A stretch of 64,000 bases of DNA from contig CAVTMK010000002.1 in assembly GCA_963735805.1 (NCBI GenBank), positions 1,536,001-1,600,000 on the forward strand, given 5' to 3'. Source of the DNA: an uncultured Verrucomicrobiae bacterium (lineage in GTDB: Bacteria > Verrucomicrobiota > Verrucomicrobiia > Chthoniobacterales > UBA10450). Below, piece after piece: positions 8,180-17,933 of the stretch (positions within the stretch are counted from its first letter, which is position 1; the number at the start of each line of letters is the position of its first letter). The translations under genes were made by a program, and so were the position numbers. Below the pieces are notes generated by a model. The model was not told where the DNA came from and ran no database searches. It saw only the letters and a list, made by a program, of their open reading frames with translations.

Positions 8180-8686
8180 TCAGGGTGCCGCCCGCGTGCG
8201 ATTCGAGAATCTCGGGATCCAGCGATTCACCAATTCCTTGTACGCGAAATAATTTTCGCCGAATCGCGTCTCCAGTCCGGGCTCTTCGATGAAAACGACA
8301 TACAAATGGAACAAGACGAATATCACAACTGCAAAAAGCAGCATCGCCAGCGACTGTCGATAGAGACCGAATCCCATCAGCATTATGAACCCTCCGATGT
8401 ACATTGGATTGCGAACGAATTTGTATGGCCCCACGGCGACAAATTTACGAGGCGGATCGAAGATGGCCGGCGTGCCTCGTCCACGCAAAACAAAGACCCC
8501 GGCACACGCGAATACGATCACCGCGCCGATGGTGCCAACGAGAACTCCAACTGCTGTGGTCCACCCTGGGAGCGGAATTCTCAAACGTTCGTCCAACGGC
8601 TGAACACGCGATGCCAACCACCCGAAGACCAGAATAAACCCCGCCATGTAGCACAGCGTTCGGAACGCAACGAAAACAGCTGCCAT
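8180..8686 (-). CDS. Isoprenylcysteine carboxyl/phospholipid methyltransferase family membrane protein
   Basis: GRGTPA.FDPP, GPYKFVRNPMY, EEPGL..RFG..Y..Y...V.RW; ATG 8686 directly after the upstream stop. Confidence 0.88.
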   Translation of the reverse strand: MAAVFVAFRTLCYMAGFILVFGWLASRVQPLDERLRIPLPGWTTAVGVLVGTIGAVIVFACAGVFVLRGRGTPAIFDPPRKFVAVGPYKFVRNPMYIGGFIMLMGFGLYRQSLAMLLFAVVIFVLFHLYVVFIEEPGLETRFGENYFAYKELVNRWIPRFSNRTRAAP

Positions 8687-8687
8687 G

Positions 8688-9471
8688 TCAGATGATTCGC
8701 CAATCTGTCCAAACGCCGGTCGCACACAGGCGCACGTAAAGATCGGAAAAGCCGACCCAGAACAGGCTGAGCCACGCCCACAGCATGTGGCGACGGTTGA
8801 AACAACTGACGCACGCGTAAGCGCGATAGCACGTTGGCGATTTCGAAAATTGGTCCAGGAAACCACCGGCCAAATGCCGCAGGGAATGGCAACCAAAAGT
8901 ATAGCCGGCGAGCAACACGACATTGATTGCGAGAACGATTGTGCCGACGCCAATTCCAAATCCATCCGGAAACCACAGCGCCTTCCAAACATCGTAGGCT
9001 AGGACCACCAGGAACAGGCATGCGAGGTAGAGAAAGTAGCGATGAACATTTTGCATGATGAGCGGAAAAGAACGCTCACCCCAATAGCTTTGGCGCGGCT
9101 CGCCCACAGTGCATGCCGGCGGATCAGCCCAGAATGCTTTGTAGTAGGCGCCGCGATAATAATAACATGTGAGCCGGAATCCGCCCGGAGCCCAAAGAAC
9201 AAGCAGTGCAGGGGAAAAAATTAGCCAGACCGGCCACCAGACTGGGTTTCGGCCCGAACCAGCTATGCGGAGAATCCCCCACAATCTCAGGCGAATAAAA
9301 TGGCGAGATGTAATTGCCAAAAAAATAATTCTGCCCCTGAAAAGCGGCCCACGTGGAATAGACGACGAAAATCGATAAACCGATAAACACAAGGATCGGT
9401 TGGGTCCACCAGACATCAGCTCGCATGGTCTCCCCGAATGAGCGGCGTGGCAGTGTTGTTGTGCCATTCAT
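8688..9471 (-). pseudogene. Sdh membrane anchor subunit (actinobacterial Sdh1-like), split by one frameshift near 9245
   Basis: N-part (MNGTTTLPRR...YISPFYSP...FGPKP) and C-part (VWWPVWLIFSPALLVLWAPGGFRLTCYYYRGAYY...GCHSLRH) are in different frames; deleting one base at 9244-9246 joins them. Confidence 0.8.
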
Positions 9472-10871
9472 TTGTTGTCTGCTCCTTCGACCGGCAGCCC
9501 CGCCTTCTTCCATGCTTCCCAGCTGCCAGGAACATTCCAAAGATCGGTGAATCCTAGCGGTCTGAGAATACTGGTGGCGATGCTGGCACGATATCCACTA
9601 CCGCAATAAACGGCGGTCGGCTTATTGCGGTCGAGTTCGGCGATACGTTTGGTAAGTTCCGGCAGGAAAATGTGCTGCGCGCACGGCACGTGTCCCTTCT
9701 TCCATTCGCCGGGTGACCGCACATCGACAATCTGCAACGAGGCCTTTCGCTCATTCAGCTCGTGCACGCTCATCTGGCCGATTCTTTCCAGCGGGAACCC
9801 CTCAGCGTCCCATGCTTTCATTCCACCGATCAGGTAGCCGGCGAATTTTGTGTACCCAGTACGGACGAACAGCCGCACGATTCTTTCAAGATCATCATCG
9901 CTCTCCATGACCAGAAGGATTGGCTTTTCAGGATCGAGCATCCAGCCAGCCCAGATAGAGAGAATGGGCGTCCCGCCAATGTTGAGTGCGCCGGCGATGT
10001 GACCGCCGCCAAATGCCAGCATCGTGCGCACATCAACCAGAACTCCAGCCTTCTTTTCGATTGCTTCCTTGAATGCCTTGGGTGGAAGACCGGGAACCCG
10101 CGGAAGATTCCCAAGAACTTTTGGTCCCTCCGCGTTCACTTTTTTCATGAGCGGATAATAACGCGGGACCGGTGGCGCACTCTCGATTGCGTAGTCGGTG
10201 AAACTTTTTGCGTCAGCGAATTGCAAGAATTTATTGAACTTTCGCTCGTAACCAATCGTGCTGCTCAGTCTCGCTCCGATGTCGGCTCCACAGGGAGAAC
10301 CCGCGCCGTGATTGGGATAGATCATCACGTGATCAGGCAGCTTCAAATAGAAGTCGTGCAATGTGTGGAACTGTTTTTCGGCGAGCTCCTTTGTGTGTTT
10401 CTCGCCTAACAAGTCCGGACGACCAGCGGACGAAACGAAGAGCGAATCACCGGTGAGTATTGCCCATGGCTCGTCCGGATGATCTGACTCGGACAGCAAA
10501 TAACACATGTGCTCCGGCGTATGCCCCGGCGTGTGCCGCGCCGTGACGAGCACTTCGCCAAATGTGAAGCGGTCGCCATCTTTTATTTTTTCAGGGCTAA
10601 AGCCGTACTCAGCGCCGCCTTCGCCGCTGGCATAAATCTTCGCCGATTCGAGCCGGGCACAAAGCTCGCGCGACCCGCTGACCAAATCGGCATGAATATG
10701 CGTCTCGAAGATATGGGTGATAGCGAGTCCTGCTTCGCGCGCCATCTCGACATAAACTTCGACATCGGCTCTGGGATCGAAAATTGCTCCCACTCCCTCG
10801 TCGTCGTCACCAAGCAGGTACGAGAGTTCGGCGATGCCTTCAGTCTGAATAGTCTTAAAAATGAGCGACAT
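9468..10871 (-). CDS. MBL-fold hydrolase with rhodanese domains (persulfide dioxygenase-sulfurtransferase-like)
   Basis: THIHAD, HTPGHTPEH, TGDSLFV..GRPDL, HGAGSPCG; C-terminal YCGSGYR rhodanese active site. Confidence 0.9.
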   Translation of the reverse strand: MSLIFKTIQTEGIAELSYLLGDDDEGVGAIFDPRADVEVYVEMAREAGLAITHIFETHIHADLVSGSRELCARLESAKIYASGEGGAEYGFSPEKIKDGDRFTFGEVLVTARHTPGHTPEHMCYLLSESDHPDEPWAILTGDSLFVSSAGRPDLLGEKHTKELAEKQFHTLHDFYLKLPDHVMIYPNHGAGSPCGADIGARLSSTIGYERKFNKFLQFADAKSFTDYAIESAPPVPRYYPLMKKVNAEGPKVLGNLPRVPGLPPKAFKEAIEKKAGVLVDVRTMLAFGGGHIAGALNIGGTPILSIWAGWMLDPEKPILLVMESDDDLERIVRLFVRTGYTKFAGYLIGGMKAWDAEGFPLERIGQMSVHELNERKASLQIVDVRSPGEWKKGHVPCAQHIFLPELTKRIAELDRNKPTAVYCGSGYRASIATSILRPLGFTDLWNVPGSWEAWKKAGLPVEGADNK

Positions 10872-10926
10872 CGGCGAGATTTAACGCGAAGGCACGGCGA
10901 AACTCAACAAGATCGCGTGTAATCTT

Positions 10927-12003
10927 TCAGCGCACCTGAACAATAATCGGCAGCAGATGATTGATCATATAAGTACCACGGTCGTGATCGCGGCGTATTG
11001 GCTGGGTTCTGCCATCTGAGTCCGTTGCGCGTGCAATTAGGGTGACTTGTCCCGGATTGGATGGAGTGCGCCACTTAAATTCCCAAAGCCGCCACGCATT
11101 CGATTTGGATGCGCCAACCAGGCTCGCTTCGTTCCATGTTACTCCGCCATCTGTGCTGAGCTCGACTTTTGTGACTTCACCATCGCTTGTCCAGGCGGCG
11201 CCGTGAACGCAAACATTAGAATTTGCCGAGACGGTTTCACCCTGAGCTGGCTTCGCGATTTCCGCCTTGATTTGCATCTCGGCAACTGGAGTGAGTTCGC
11301 CGATCTCCCCTCGCCTCCGCCAGTACGCGTAATCGAGGGTCTGATAATAACCGGTGAACGGTTTGTCTGTGACAACAATGCGCTGCAACCATTTGACCGA
11401 CGCCATTGCGTACCATCCGGGCACAATGGCACGAACAGGAAAACCGTGTTGTGATGGAAGTTCGTTTCCATTCATTTTGTAAGCGAGTAAAACATCTGCA
11501 CGTGCTTTGCTCACCGGGATACTGCGCGCATATGTCAACTCACCCGGGGGACTTTTGGGATCGTCAAGCATACCGCAGTCCGCTCCCTGGAGAGCAACCT
11601 CGCATGCATTAGACCTAACAACGGCCCGATCAAGCAAGGCCGAGAGAGGCACACCGGTCCATTCAGCCGTGCCAACCGCACCCAGCCCCCATTGAACTCC
11701 TTTTACCTTCGGCTCGAGAAAATCCCTGTTGTTCCCGGCACACTCGAGTGTCACCGGAATCGTGCACGACTCTAGTTCGACCAGCTCCTCATAATTAATC
11801 GCGAACGGCTTTTCAACTTCGCCCTCCACATGTAGCCACCACGCGTCTCTGTCGATCTTCGGGATCGGAAAATGTGTTCGGATGTAGAATGATTCAGTCG
11901 GAGTAACGAACGCGTCGACGGTTTCAAACGGCATTTCCACGTTGAGGGGGGCTTCGCTGTGAACGATCCGGCCGTCAGGCAATTTGGTGGCGTTTTTTTC
12001 CAT
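10927..12003 (-). CDS. Sulfite oxidase family molybdopterin enzyme
   Basis: FYIRTHFPIP, LECAGN, HGFPVR..VPGWY...SVKWL and a C-terminal Ig-like dimerisation domain. Confidence 0.9.
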   Translation of the reverse strand: MEKNATKLPDGRIVHSEAPLNVEMPFETVDAFVTPTESFYIRTHFPIPKIDRDAWWLHVEGEVEKPFAINYEELVELESCTIPVTLECAGNNRDFLEPKVKGVQWGLGAVGTAEWTGVPLSALLDRAVVRSNACEVALQGADCGMLDDPKSPPGELTYARSIPVSKARADVLLAYKMNGNELPSQHGFPVRAIVPGWYAMASVKWLQRIVVTDKPFTGYYQTLDYAYWRRRGEIGELTPVAEMQIKAEIAKPAQGETVSANSNVCVHGAAWTSDGEVTKVELSTDGGVTWNEASLVGASKSNAWRLWEFKWRTPSNPGQVTLIARATDSDGRTQPIRRDHDRGTYMINHLLPIIVQVR

Positions 12004-12028
12004 GGGGTTCTGAGCTCACACCGCGATT

Positions 12029-13696
12029 CTAGTCACGCGGCTGAGGCTGCATCGGGATTTCGATGTGTTGTGCGGCGGCGAACTTAATGGCGTGCGAGTA
12101 ACCGGCGTCGACATGTCGAAGGACACCCATGCCAGGATCGCTCGTGAGAACGCGCTCGAGACGGTGTTTGGAATTATCGGTCCCGTCGGCAACGACAACC
12201 ATTCCGGCATGCTGCGAGAAACCGATGCCCACGCCTCCGCCATTGTGGATCGACACCCAGGATGCGCCTGCGGCAGTGTTAATCAGCGCGTTAAGCAGCG
12301 GCCAATCTGCGATCGCGTCGCTACCGTCGAGCATGCCTTCAGTTTCGCGATTGGGCGATGCGACCGAGCCGGCGTCCAGATGATCCCGCCCAATGACAAT
12401 CGGCGCTTTGATTTCGCCGCGCTTCACCAGTTCGTTCATGGCCAGGCCGAACTCGGCGCGTTCGCCGTATCCGAGCCAGCAGATCCGTGCGGGCAATCCT
12501 TGAAATTGAATTCGCTCACGCGCAAGCTTCATCCATCGAGAAAGTGTTTGGTTTTTCGGAAATAATTCGAGGGCCAGTTTGTCAGTGCGCGCAATATCAT
12601 TAGCATCACCGCTCAATGCGACCCAGCGAAACGGGCCACGTCCTTCACAAAATAACGGGCGAATGTAATCGAGAACGAATCCTGGAATATCGAACGCGTT
12701 TTTGACTCCGGCTTTTTTTGCCTGCGCGCGAATGTTATTTCCATAATCGAACGTCACGGCACCTTTCTTTTTCAGCGCGAGCATCGCCTCCACATGTAGC
12801 GCCATCGATTGCATGGCTCGCTCGATGTATTCGTCTGGATCTTTCTTGCGTAAGCTGAGCGCATCTTCCAGCGACATCCCATTAGGCACATAACCGTTCA
12901 ACGCGTCGTGCGCGCTGGTTTGGTCGGTAAGAACGTCGGGCACCACTCCGCGCTTCACAATTTCAGGCAAAACATCGGCACAATTGCCCACCAGCCCTAC
13001 GGAGAGTGACCGTCCATCTTTGCGCGCCTGGTCGATCAACTTGAGCGCCTCGTCGAGCGAGCGCGCAATCTTATCGCAGTATCCGCTTTTCAATCTCTTC
13101 TCGATCCGCGCAGGATCCACCTCTACTCCGAGAAAGACTGCGCCGTTCATGGTCGCGGCGAGCGGTTGTGCGCCGCCCATTCCGCCGAGCCCACCTGTTA
13201 ATACGAATTTTCCTTCAAGCGATCCACCGAAATGTTTGCGCCCCGCAGCGGCGAATGTTTCGAACGTTCCCTGCACAATTCCCTGACTGCCGATATAAAT
13301 CCAGGAACCGGCGGTCATCTGTCCGTACATGGTCAGGCCAAGCCTCTCGAGACGATTGAACTCAGCGTAATTGTTCCATTGGCCGACGAGATTGGAATTG
13401 GCGATAAGAACACGTGGTGCTTCATCGTGCGTCTTGAACCTGCCTACTGGTTTCCCCGACTGGACAAGAAGTGTCTCGTCGTTTTCGAGTTCACCCAGCA
13501 AACGAATAATTGCATCGAAAGCTTCCCAACTTCTTGCCGCGCGCCCCGTTCCACCGTAAACAACGAGCCGATCAGGATCTTCGGCGACGTCGGGATCGAG
13601 ATTGTTCATTAACATCCGCATCGCAGCTTCCTGATGCCAACCTTTACAACTGCGCTCTGGACCGCGCGGCGCGTGGACAATCCTTTTTCCGCTCAT
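12029..13696 (-). CDS. hutU: Urocanate hydratase
   Basis: [48 protein letters not shown]. Confidence 0.97.
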   Translation of the reverse strand: MSGKRIVHAPRGPERSCKGWHQEAAMRMLMNNLDPDVAEDPDRLVVYGGTGRAARSWEAFDAIIRLLGELENDETLLVQSGKPVGRFKTHDEAPRVLIANSNLVGQWNNYAEFNRLERLGLTMYGQMTAGSWIYIGSQGIVQGTFETFAAAGRKHFGGSLEGKFVLTGGLGGMGGAQPLAATMNGAVFLGVEVDPARIEKRLKSGYCDKIARSLDEALKLIDQARKDGRSLSVGLVGNCADVLPEIVKRGVVPDVLTDQTSAHDALNGYVPNGMSLEDALSLRKKDPDEYIERAMQSMALHVEAMLALKKKGAVTFDYGNNIRAQAKKAGVKNAFDIPGFVLDYIRPLFCEGRGPFRWVALSGDANDIARTDKLALELFPKNQTLSRWMKLARERIQFQGLPARICWLGYGERAEFGLAMNELVKRGEIKAPIVIGRDHLDAGSVASPNRETEGMLDGSDAIADWPLLNALINTAAGASWVSIHNGGGVGIGFSQHAGMVVVADGTDNSKHRLERVLTSDPGMGVLRHVDAGYSHAIKFAAAQHIEIPMQPQPRD

Positions 13697-15204
13697 AATG
13701 CTTCGTCTCCAGTATCAAAATCGCCACGACGAATCGCTTCGGCAACCCGAGCGATATCGTTCGCGAGTGGCCGATCCTTTGTCAGCGGGCGGGACAGTTT
13801 GCGAACAATTGTAAAAGCGCGTTCGACGCCCGCGCCGCTTTTCAACGGGCGACGATGTTCAAGGCCTTCGGCACCGGCAAGTAATTCGATTGCCAGCAAG
13901 TTTTCCGCCAGATCGATAATCGATCGCAATTTCAATGCGCTCGTCATTCCCATGGAAACGTGATCTTCTTTTCCGCCCGAAGTTGTGATGTTGTCAACGC
14001 TTGCCGGGTGCGCAAGCACGCGCGCTTCATTGACCAGAGCCGCGGCGGCGACATGCGCGATCATGAACCCGGATTCGAGACCCGGTCGCCGGGCAAGAAA
14101 TGCGGGAAGGCCTTCGCTTTTATCGGGATTAACCAGCCGGTCCGTTCGGCGTTCGCTCATGCTCATCAGATCGGCAATTGCAATCGCCGCGTAATCGAAT
14201 GCAAAAGCCAGCGGCGCACCGTGAAAATTGCCGCCGGAAATGACATCCCCACTTTCAGCAAACACGAGTGGATTATCGGTCGCCGACGCGGATTCAATTA
14301 ACAACACATCTTCGCAATGTGACAGCGCACCGCGCACAGCACCGTGGACCTGCGGCATGCAGCGCAGGCTGTACGCGTCCTGGACACGAGGATCGTCGTT
14401 TAGGTGCGATTGACGAATTTCGCTTCCCTCGAGAAGCGTGAGCAAATGCTTCGCCGCTGCTATTTGTCCAGACTGTGGCCGGGCGTCCTGTAAACGAGCA
14501 TCAAATGCCGCAGGAGTGCCTTTGAGTGCTTCGAGACTCATGGCACCTGAAACGTCCGCAAGACGCGAAACCCGTTTCGCGCGAAGAAGTGCAAGGCCGC
14601 CTACCGCGTGCATTGCTTGAGTGCCGTTTAATAGCGCGAGGCCCTCCTTCGCTCCCAACTGTGCGGGTTTTAATTTCGCGCGACGCAACGCTTCACCGCT
14701 TTCCATTCTTTCTCCATCAAGAAACGCTTCGCCTTCTCCGATCAACGTGAGTGCCAGATGCGCCAGGGGCGCCAGATCCCCGCTCGCGCCGACTGAGCCT
14801 TTTTCTGGAACCACCGGATGCACCTGGCGATTCAGCATCTCGCAGATCATTTCAATGATCTCCGGGCGAATGCCGCTGAAGCCGAGCGACAACACATTAC
14901 CGCGCAGCAACATCATGGCGCGGACTTCGGGCTCCGAAAGGGGCTGACCGATTCCACAGGCATGGCTGCGAACAAGGTTCAGCTGGAGTTCGCTCAACGC
15001 GTCGCGCGGGATGCGAACATCAGAGAGTTTGCCGAAGCCGGTGGTGACGCCGTAAACCACCGCATCACGCTTAATGATTTCTTCGACAACTTTGCGCGAG
15101 GCCAGAATTCGCGGTCGCGCGAGATCGGAAACCTTAACTGTTTCTCCACCGAGCGACACGCTGGCGATGTCGGAGAGTGCCAAGGCCTGGCCGTTTAATT
15201 CCAT
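13693..15204 (-). CDS. hutH: Histidine ammonia-lyase
   Basis: [28 protein letters not shown] (MIO), [19 protein letters not shown] overlap with hutU. Confidence 0.96.
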   Translation of the reverse strand: MELNGQALALSDIASVSLGGETVKVSDLARPRILASRKVVEEIIKRDAVVYGVTTGFGKLSDVRIPRDALSELQLNLVRSHACGIGQPLSEPEVRAMMLLRGNVLSLGFSGIRPEIIEMICEMLNRQVHPVVPEKGSVGASGDLAPLAHLALTLIGEGEAFLDGERMESGEALRRAKLKPAQLGAKEGLALLNGTQAMHAVGGLALLRAKRVSRLADVSGAMSLEALKGTPAAFDARLQDARPQSGQIAAAKHLLTLLEGSEIRQSHLNDDPRVQDAYSLRCMPQVHGAVRGALSHCEDVLLIESASATDNPLVFAESGDVISGGNFHGAPLAFAFDYAAIAIADLMSMSERRTDRLVNPDKSEGLPAFLARRPGLESGFMIAHVAAAALVNEARVLAHPASVDNITTSGGKEDHVSMGMTSALKLRSIIDLAENLLAIELLAGAEGLEHRRPLKSGAGVERAFTIVRKLSRPLTKDRPLANDIARVAEAIRRGDFDTGDEAL

Positions 15205-15301
15205 TCGCGCAGCTTAGCGGGAAAACGAGAAGATGAAAAGCCGACGGGTCATGAGTCACACACGTCCGATGCATCGGATAAACGCATCAAATCCGGGAAA
15301 G

Positions 15302-15332
15302 AAAAAGGCCAGGTCGAAACACGACCTGGCCT
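15302..15332 (-). terminator. Intrinsic terminator after the micro-lipoprotein pair
   Basis: 11-bp perfect stem AGGCCAGGTCG/CGACCTGGCCT plus a T-run on the minus strand. Confidence 0.8.
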
Positions 15333-15373
15333 CTTGGGCGAAACCGCCCACAATAAACAACCAGCCGCCAGAC

Positions 15374-15484
15374 TTATTTCTTGGCTGTCGGAGGTGGAGG
15401 CGCTTCCCTCGTTTGCGCACAGGCCCCGAGCCCTAAAGCACTGGCCATTACGACCGCGATCATGATCACTTTCAAAAATTTCAA
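15374..15484 (-). CDS. 36-aa micro-lipoprotein (copy B)
   Basis: TTG start after AAAGGAGG; MKFLKVIMIAVVMASALGLGACAQTREAPPPPTAKK with lipobox LGAC. Not in the ORF track. Confidence 0.75.
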   Translation of the reverse strand: MKFLKVIMIAVVMASALGLGACAQTREAPPPPTAKK

Positions 15485-15490
15485 TTAATA

Positions 15491-15772
15491 TCGCCTCCTT
15501 TCGCAGCAGGTTGCTCCGGTCTGTTTAGACAGGGAACAACCGGGAGGCAATGCTTTTCTCAACTTTTTTGAAACGTGTCACAACCGGGCACCAGACTTAT
15601 TTTGAGTAGCCGGTCGTGCCCGCGCCCGTCGTCACTGTCTCTTTGTGTTGAGCACAAGCACCAAAACTCAAAGCAGTGGCTAAAACAGCCACGATCATGA
15701 TCAGTCTTAAAAATTTCAATATATCTCGCCTCCTTTCGCAGCAGGTTGCTCCGGTCTGTTTAGGCAGGGAAC
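15491..15772 (-). repeat. 47-bp duplicated promoter/leader (15491-15537 and 15726-15772)
   Basis: TCGCCTCCTTTCGCAGCAGGTTGCTCCGGTCTGTTTAGRCAGGGAAC occurs twice with 1 mismatch. Confidence 0.9.
15597..15719 (-). CDS. 40-aa micro-lipoprotein (copy A)
   Basis: TTG start after AAAGGAGG; MKFLRLIMIVAVLATALSFGACAQHKETVTTGAGTTGYSK with lipobox-like FGAC. Confidence 0.75.
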   Translation of the reverse strand: MKFLRLIMIVAVLATALSFGACAQHKETVTTGAGTTGYSK

Positions 15773-15888
15773 TATAGGGAAGCAACGTTTTTCTCGCGTT
15801 TTTTGGATGTGTCGGCCGGATAAATCGCGGCCTGGACCCGGTTTAAGAAGCCCCAGCGTTGCAGACGGTTAACGGCACGAAGCGCGAT

Positions 15889-16338
15889 CTATTCTTCAAT
15901 GATCACGGGCGTGTCATGCTCCACCAGGTCGAAAAGCTCCACGACATCCGCGTTGCGCATCCGAATGCAGCCACAACTGTCGGGACTGCCAATTTTGCCC
16001 TCATGTTTTGTGCCATGGATGTAAATAAAGCGCTCGCGCGTGTTGGCATTCTGCTCGTCCAATCCGTCCAGCCATAAAATACGTGACATCACCAGGTCCT
16101 CAGTCGGCGGAAGCGGATCACCAGGCTTGAGCGCCACGCGGCTTCGAAAAATTGTTTCAGCAGGCATGTCGCCTCCGATCTTCTCCGCTACGCGAAAGCG
16201 GCCGATCGGCGTCTTGAAACTTCCCTGCTCTGTACCGATACCGAATCGCGAAGTGGAAACCGGATAAGTGCGGATCGGCGTCGAACCGTCCTTGAGAGTG
16301 AGGAGCTGATCCCGAATGGAAACGTGTATGTTTTTCAT
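15889..16338 (-). CDS. L,D-transpeptidase (YkuD) family protein
   Basis: YPVSTS..G, TPIGRF, IYIHGT...SCGCIRM.N catalytic motif. Confidence 0.9.
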   Translation of the reverse strand: MKNIHVSIRDQLLTLKDGSTPIRTYPVSTSRFGIGTEQGSFKTPIGRFRVAEKIGGDMPAETIFRSRVALKPGDPLPPTEDLVMSRILWLDGLDEQNANTRERFIYIHGTKHEGKIGSPDSCGCIRMRNADVVELFDLVEHDTPVIIEE

Positions 16339-16506
16339 TTCAGCTTTCAGTCAGGGGACCACTTAATTGTTACGTATAACACCGAATCGTTCTTGGGACG
16401 CGGAACAGGCGATGCTCCTTCTGCTCACAACCTGCTCTCCCACTCGAGAGCGTCGTTTCCTTGTTGCTTTGCATAAGTTGAACGCAGCGATAAAATTCGC
16501 GTGTTA

Positions 16507-17535
16507 ATGAAAGGTTACCATATCGCTATTGTCGGTGCGACCGGCGCAGCTGGCGCGGAACTATTGCGCGTGCTGGAGCGACGAAATTTTCCCGTGGCAA
16601 GCCTCCGTGCAATCGGTTCCACGCGTTCTGTTGGGAAATCGGTTCGGTTTCACGAAGAACCGATTCCAGTGGAAAAACTTGGCGATCTATCATTCGACAA
16701 GATCGATATCGCGTTCTTCAGCGCAGGCGGCGACGTTTCCCGAAACTACGTTCCGATTGCCTGCCAGTCGGACGCGATCGCGATCGATAAATCGTCGGCT
16801 TTCAGGATGGATCCGAATGTGCCGCTGGTGATTCCGGAGATCAACGCCGAAGACGTCAGACAAAATCGCGGGATAATTGCGAACCCCAATTGCACCACCA
16901 CTGTGATGTTGATGGCGCTTTGTCCCCTTCACCGCGCTTTTGGCGTGCAGCGGGTATTCGCGACAAGTTTTCAAGCCGTCTCTGGTAGCGGTGTGCGCGG
17001 GGTTGAGGAATTGACCCGGCAAATAAAAGGCGCAGCGCGGGATCAAGAGTCACTCCCCGAACCGGGATCAGCAACTCCGGCTGCAGTCTCGACGATCTAT
17101 CCGCATCCAATCGCGTTTAACCTTTTGCCGCATATCGACTCATTTCTTGAAAACGGTTATACGAAGGAAGAAGCTAAAATGCAGGATGAAACGCGAAAAA
17201 TTATGCATTTGCCGGAATTGCCCGTTTCCACCACCTGCGTGCGCGTACCGGTTTACCGCGCTCATTCCGTGGCAGTGAGCGCGGAGTTCCAGCGGCCGGT
17301 GTCAATCGGGGAGGCGCGCGAAGTCCTGGCCAGGGCGCCGGGCTTGGAATTAGTAGACGAACCGCAGAGCAATCGGTATCCCATGCCGCTCAGCGTAGCC
17401 GGAAAGGATAATTGTCAGGTCGGCCGGGTCCGTCTTGATTGTGCATTTGAAAACGGACTCTCGTTCTGGGTATCGGGCGACCAGTTGTTGAAGGGCGCGG
17501 CGTTGAACGCCGTGCAGATCGCGGAGCTTCTGTAA
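16507..17535 (+). CDS. asd: Aspartate-semialdehyde dehydrogenase
   Basis: VGATGAAG, IIANPNCTT, QAVSGSG, TCVRVPV..AHS, KGAALNAVQIAE. Confidence 0.96.
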   Translation: MKGYHIAIVGATGAAGAELLRVLERRNFPVASLRAIGSTRSVGKSVRFHEEPIPVEKLGDLSFDKIDIAFFSAGGDVSRNYVPIACQSDAIAIDKSSAFRMDPNVPLVIPEINAEDVRQNRGIIANPNCTTTVMLMALCPLHRAFGVQRVFATSFQAVSGSGVRGVEELTRQIKGAARDQESLPEPGSATPAAVSTIYPHPIAFNLLPHIDSFLENGYTKEEAKMQDETRKIMHLPELPVSTTCVRVPVYRAHSVAVSAEFQRPVSIGEAREVLARAPGLELVDEPQSNRYPMPLSVAGKDNCQVGRVRLDCAFENGLSFWVSGDQLLKGAALNAVQIAELL

Positions 17536-17643
17536 ATTTGTAGGGCGTTTGCCTCGCTCGTCTCCGGCTCGCTCGGACCTTGGCCTGCCCGTCTATGTCG
17601 CTCGGCGCCCCGCCGACTCCATTGTACCAAACGCCATGACTTC

Positions 17644-17915
17644 TGTAGCCACGGCGCTGCGTCGCCGTGCTTTCGCCCGCTCTGAACGCCTCGACACAGC
17701 GAGGCGGCTACAGGGAGACACGCGGGTCATGCGGGTTGTTGTAGCCACAGCGCTGTGTCGCCGTGTCTTGGGGAGAACCCACACGCCCCGAACGCCTCGA
17801 CACAGCGAGGCGGCTACAAGGGGGACACGCGGGTGACGCGGGTTGTTGTAGCCACGGCGCTGTGTCGCCGTGCTTCCGCCAGTCTGAACGCCTCGACACA
17901 AGCGAGGCGGCTACA
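17644..17915. repeat. Three tandem REP doublets (GTAG-type, BIME/REPIN-like) between convergent genes
   Basis: Unit TGTAGCCACGGCGCTGTGTCGCCGTG...AACGCCTCGACACAGCGAGGCGGCTACA at 17644, 17740 and 17847, with near-identical linkers. Confidence 0.85.
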
Positions 17916-17933
17916 ACAAAATCCGCGGGCTTA

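Noticed and set aside
8687..8992. N-terminal extension of the 8180..8992 ORF
   Set aside because: Overlaps the Sdh anchor in another frame; the likely start is ATG 8686.
13693..15204. Ergothionase or Phe/Tyr ammonia-lyase
   Set aside because: The intact ASG MIO motif and RSHACG signature next to hutU support ordinary histidase.
17644..17915. CRISPR array
   Set aside because: The units are inverted doublets, the linkers are near-identical rather than unique spacers, and no cas genes are present; this fits REP/BIME.
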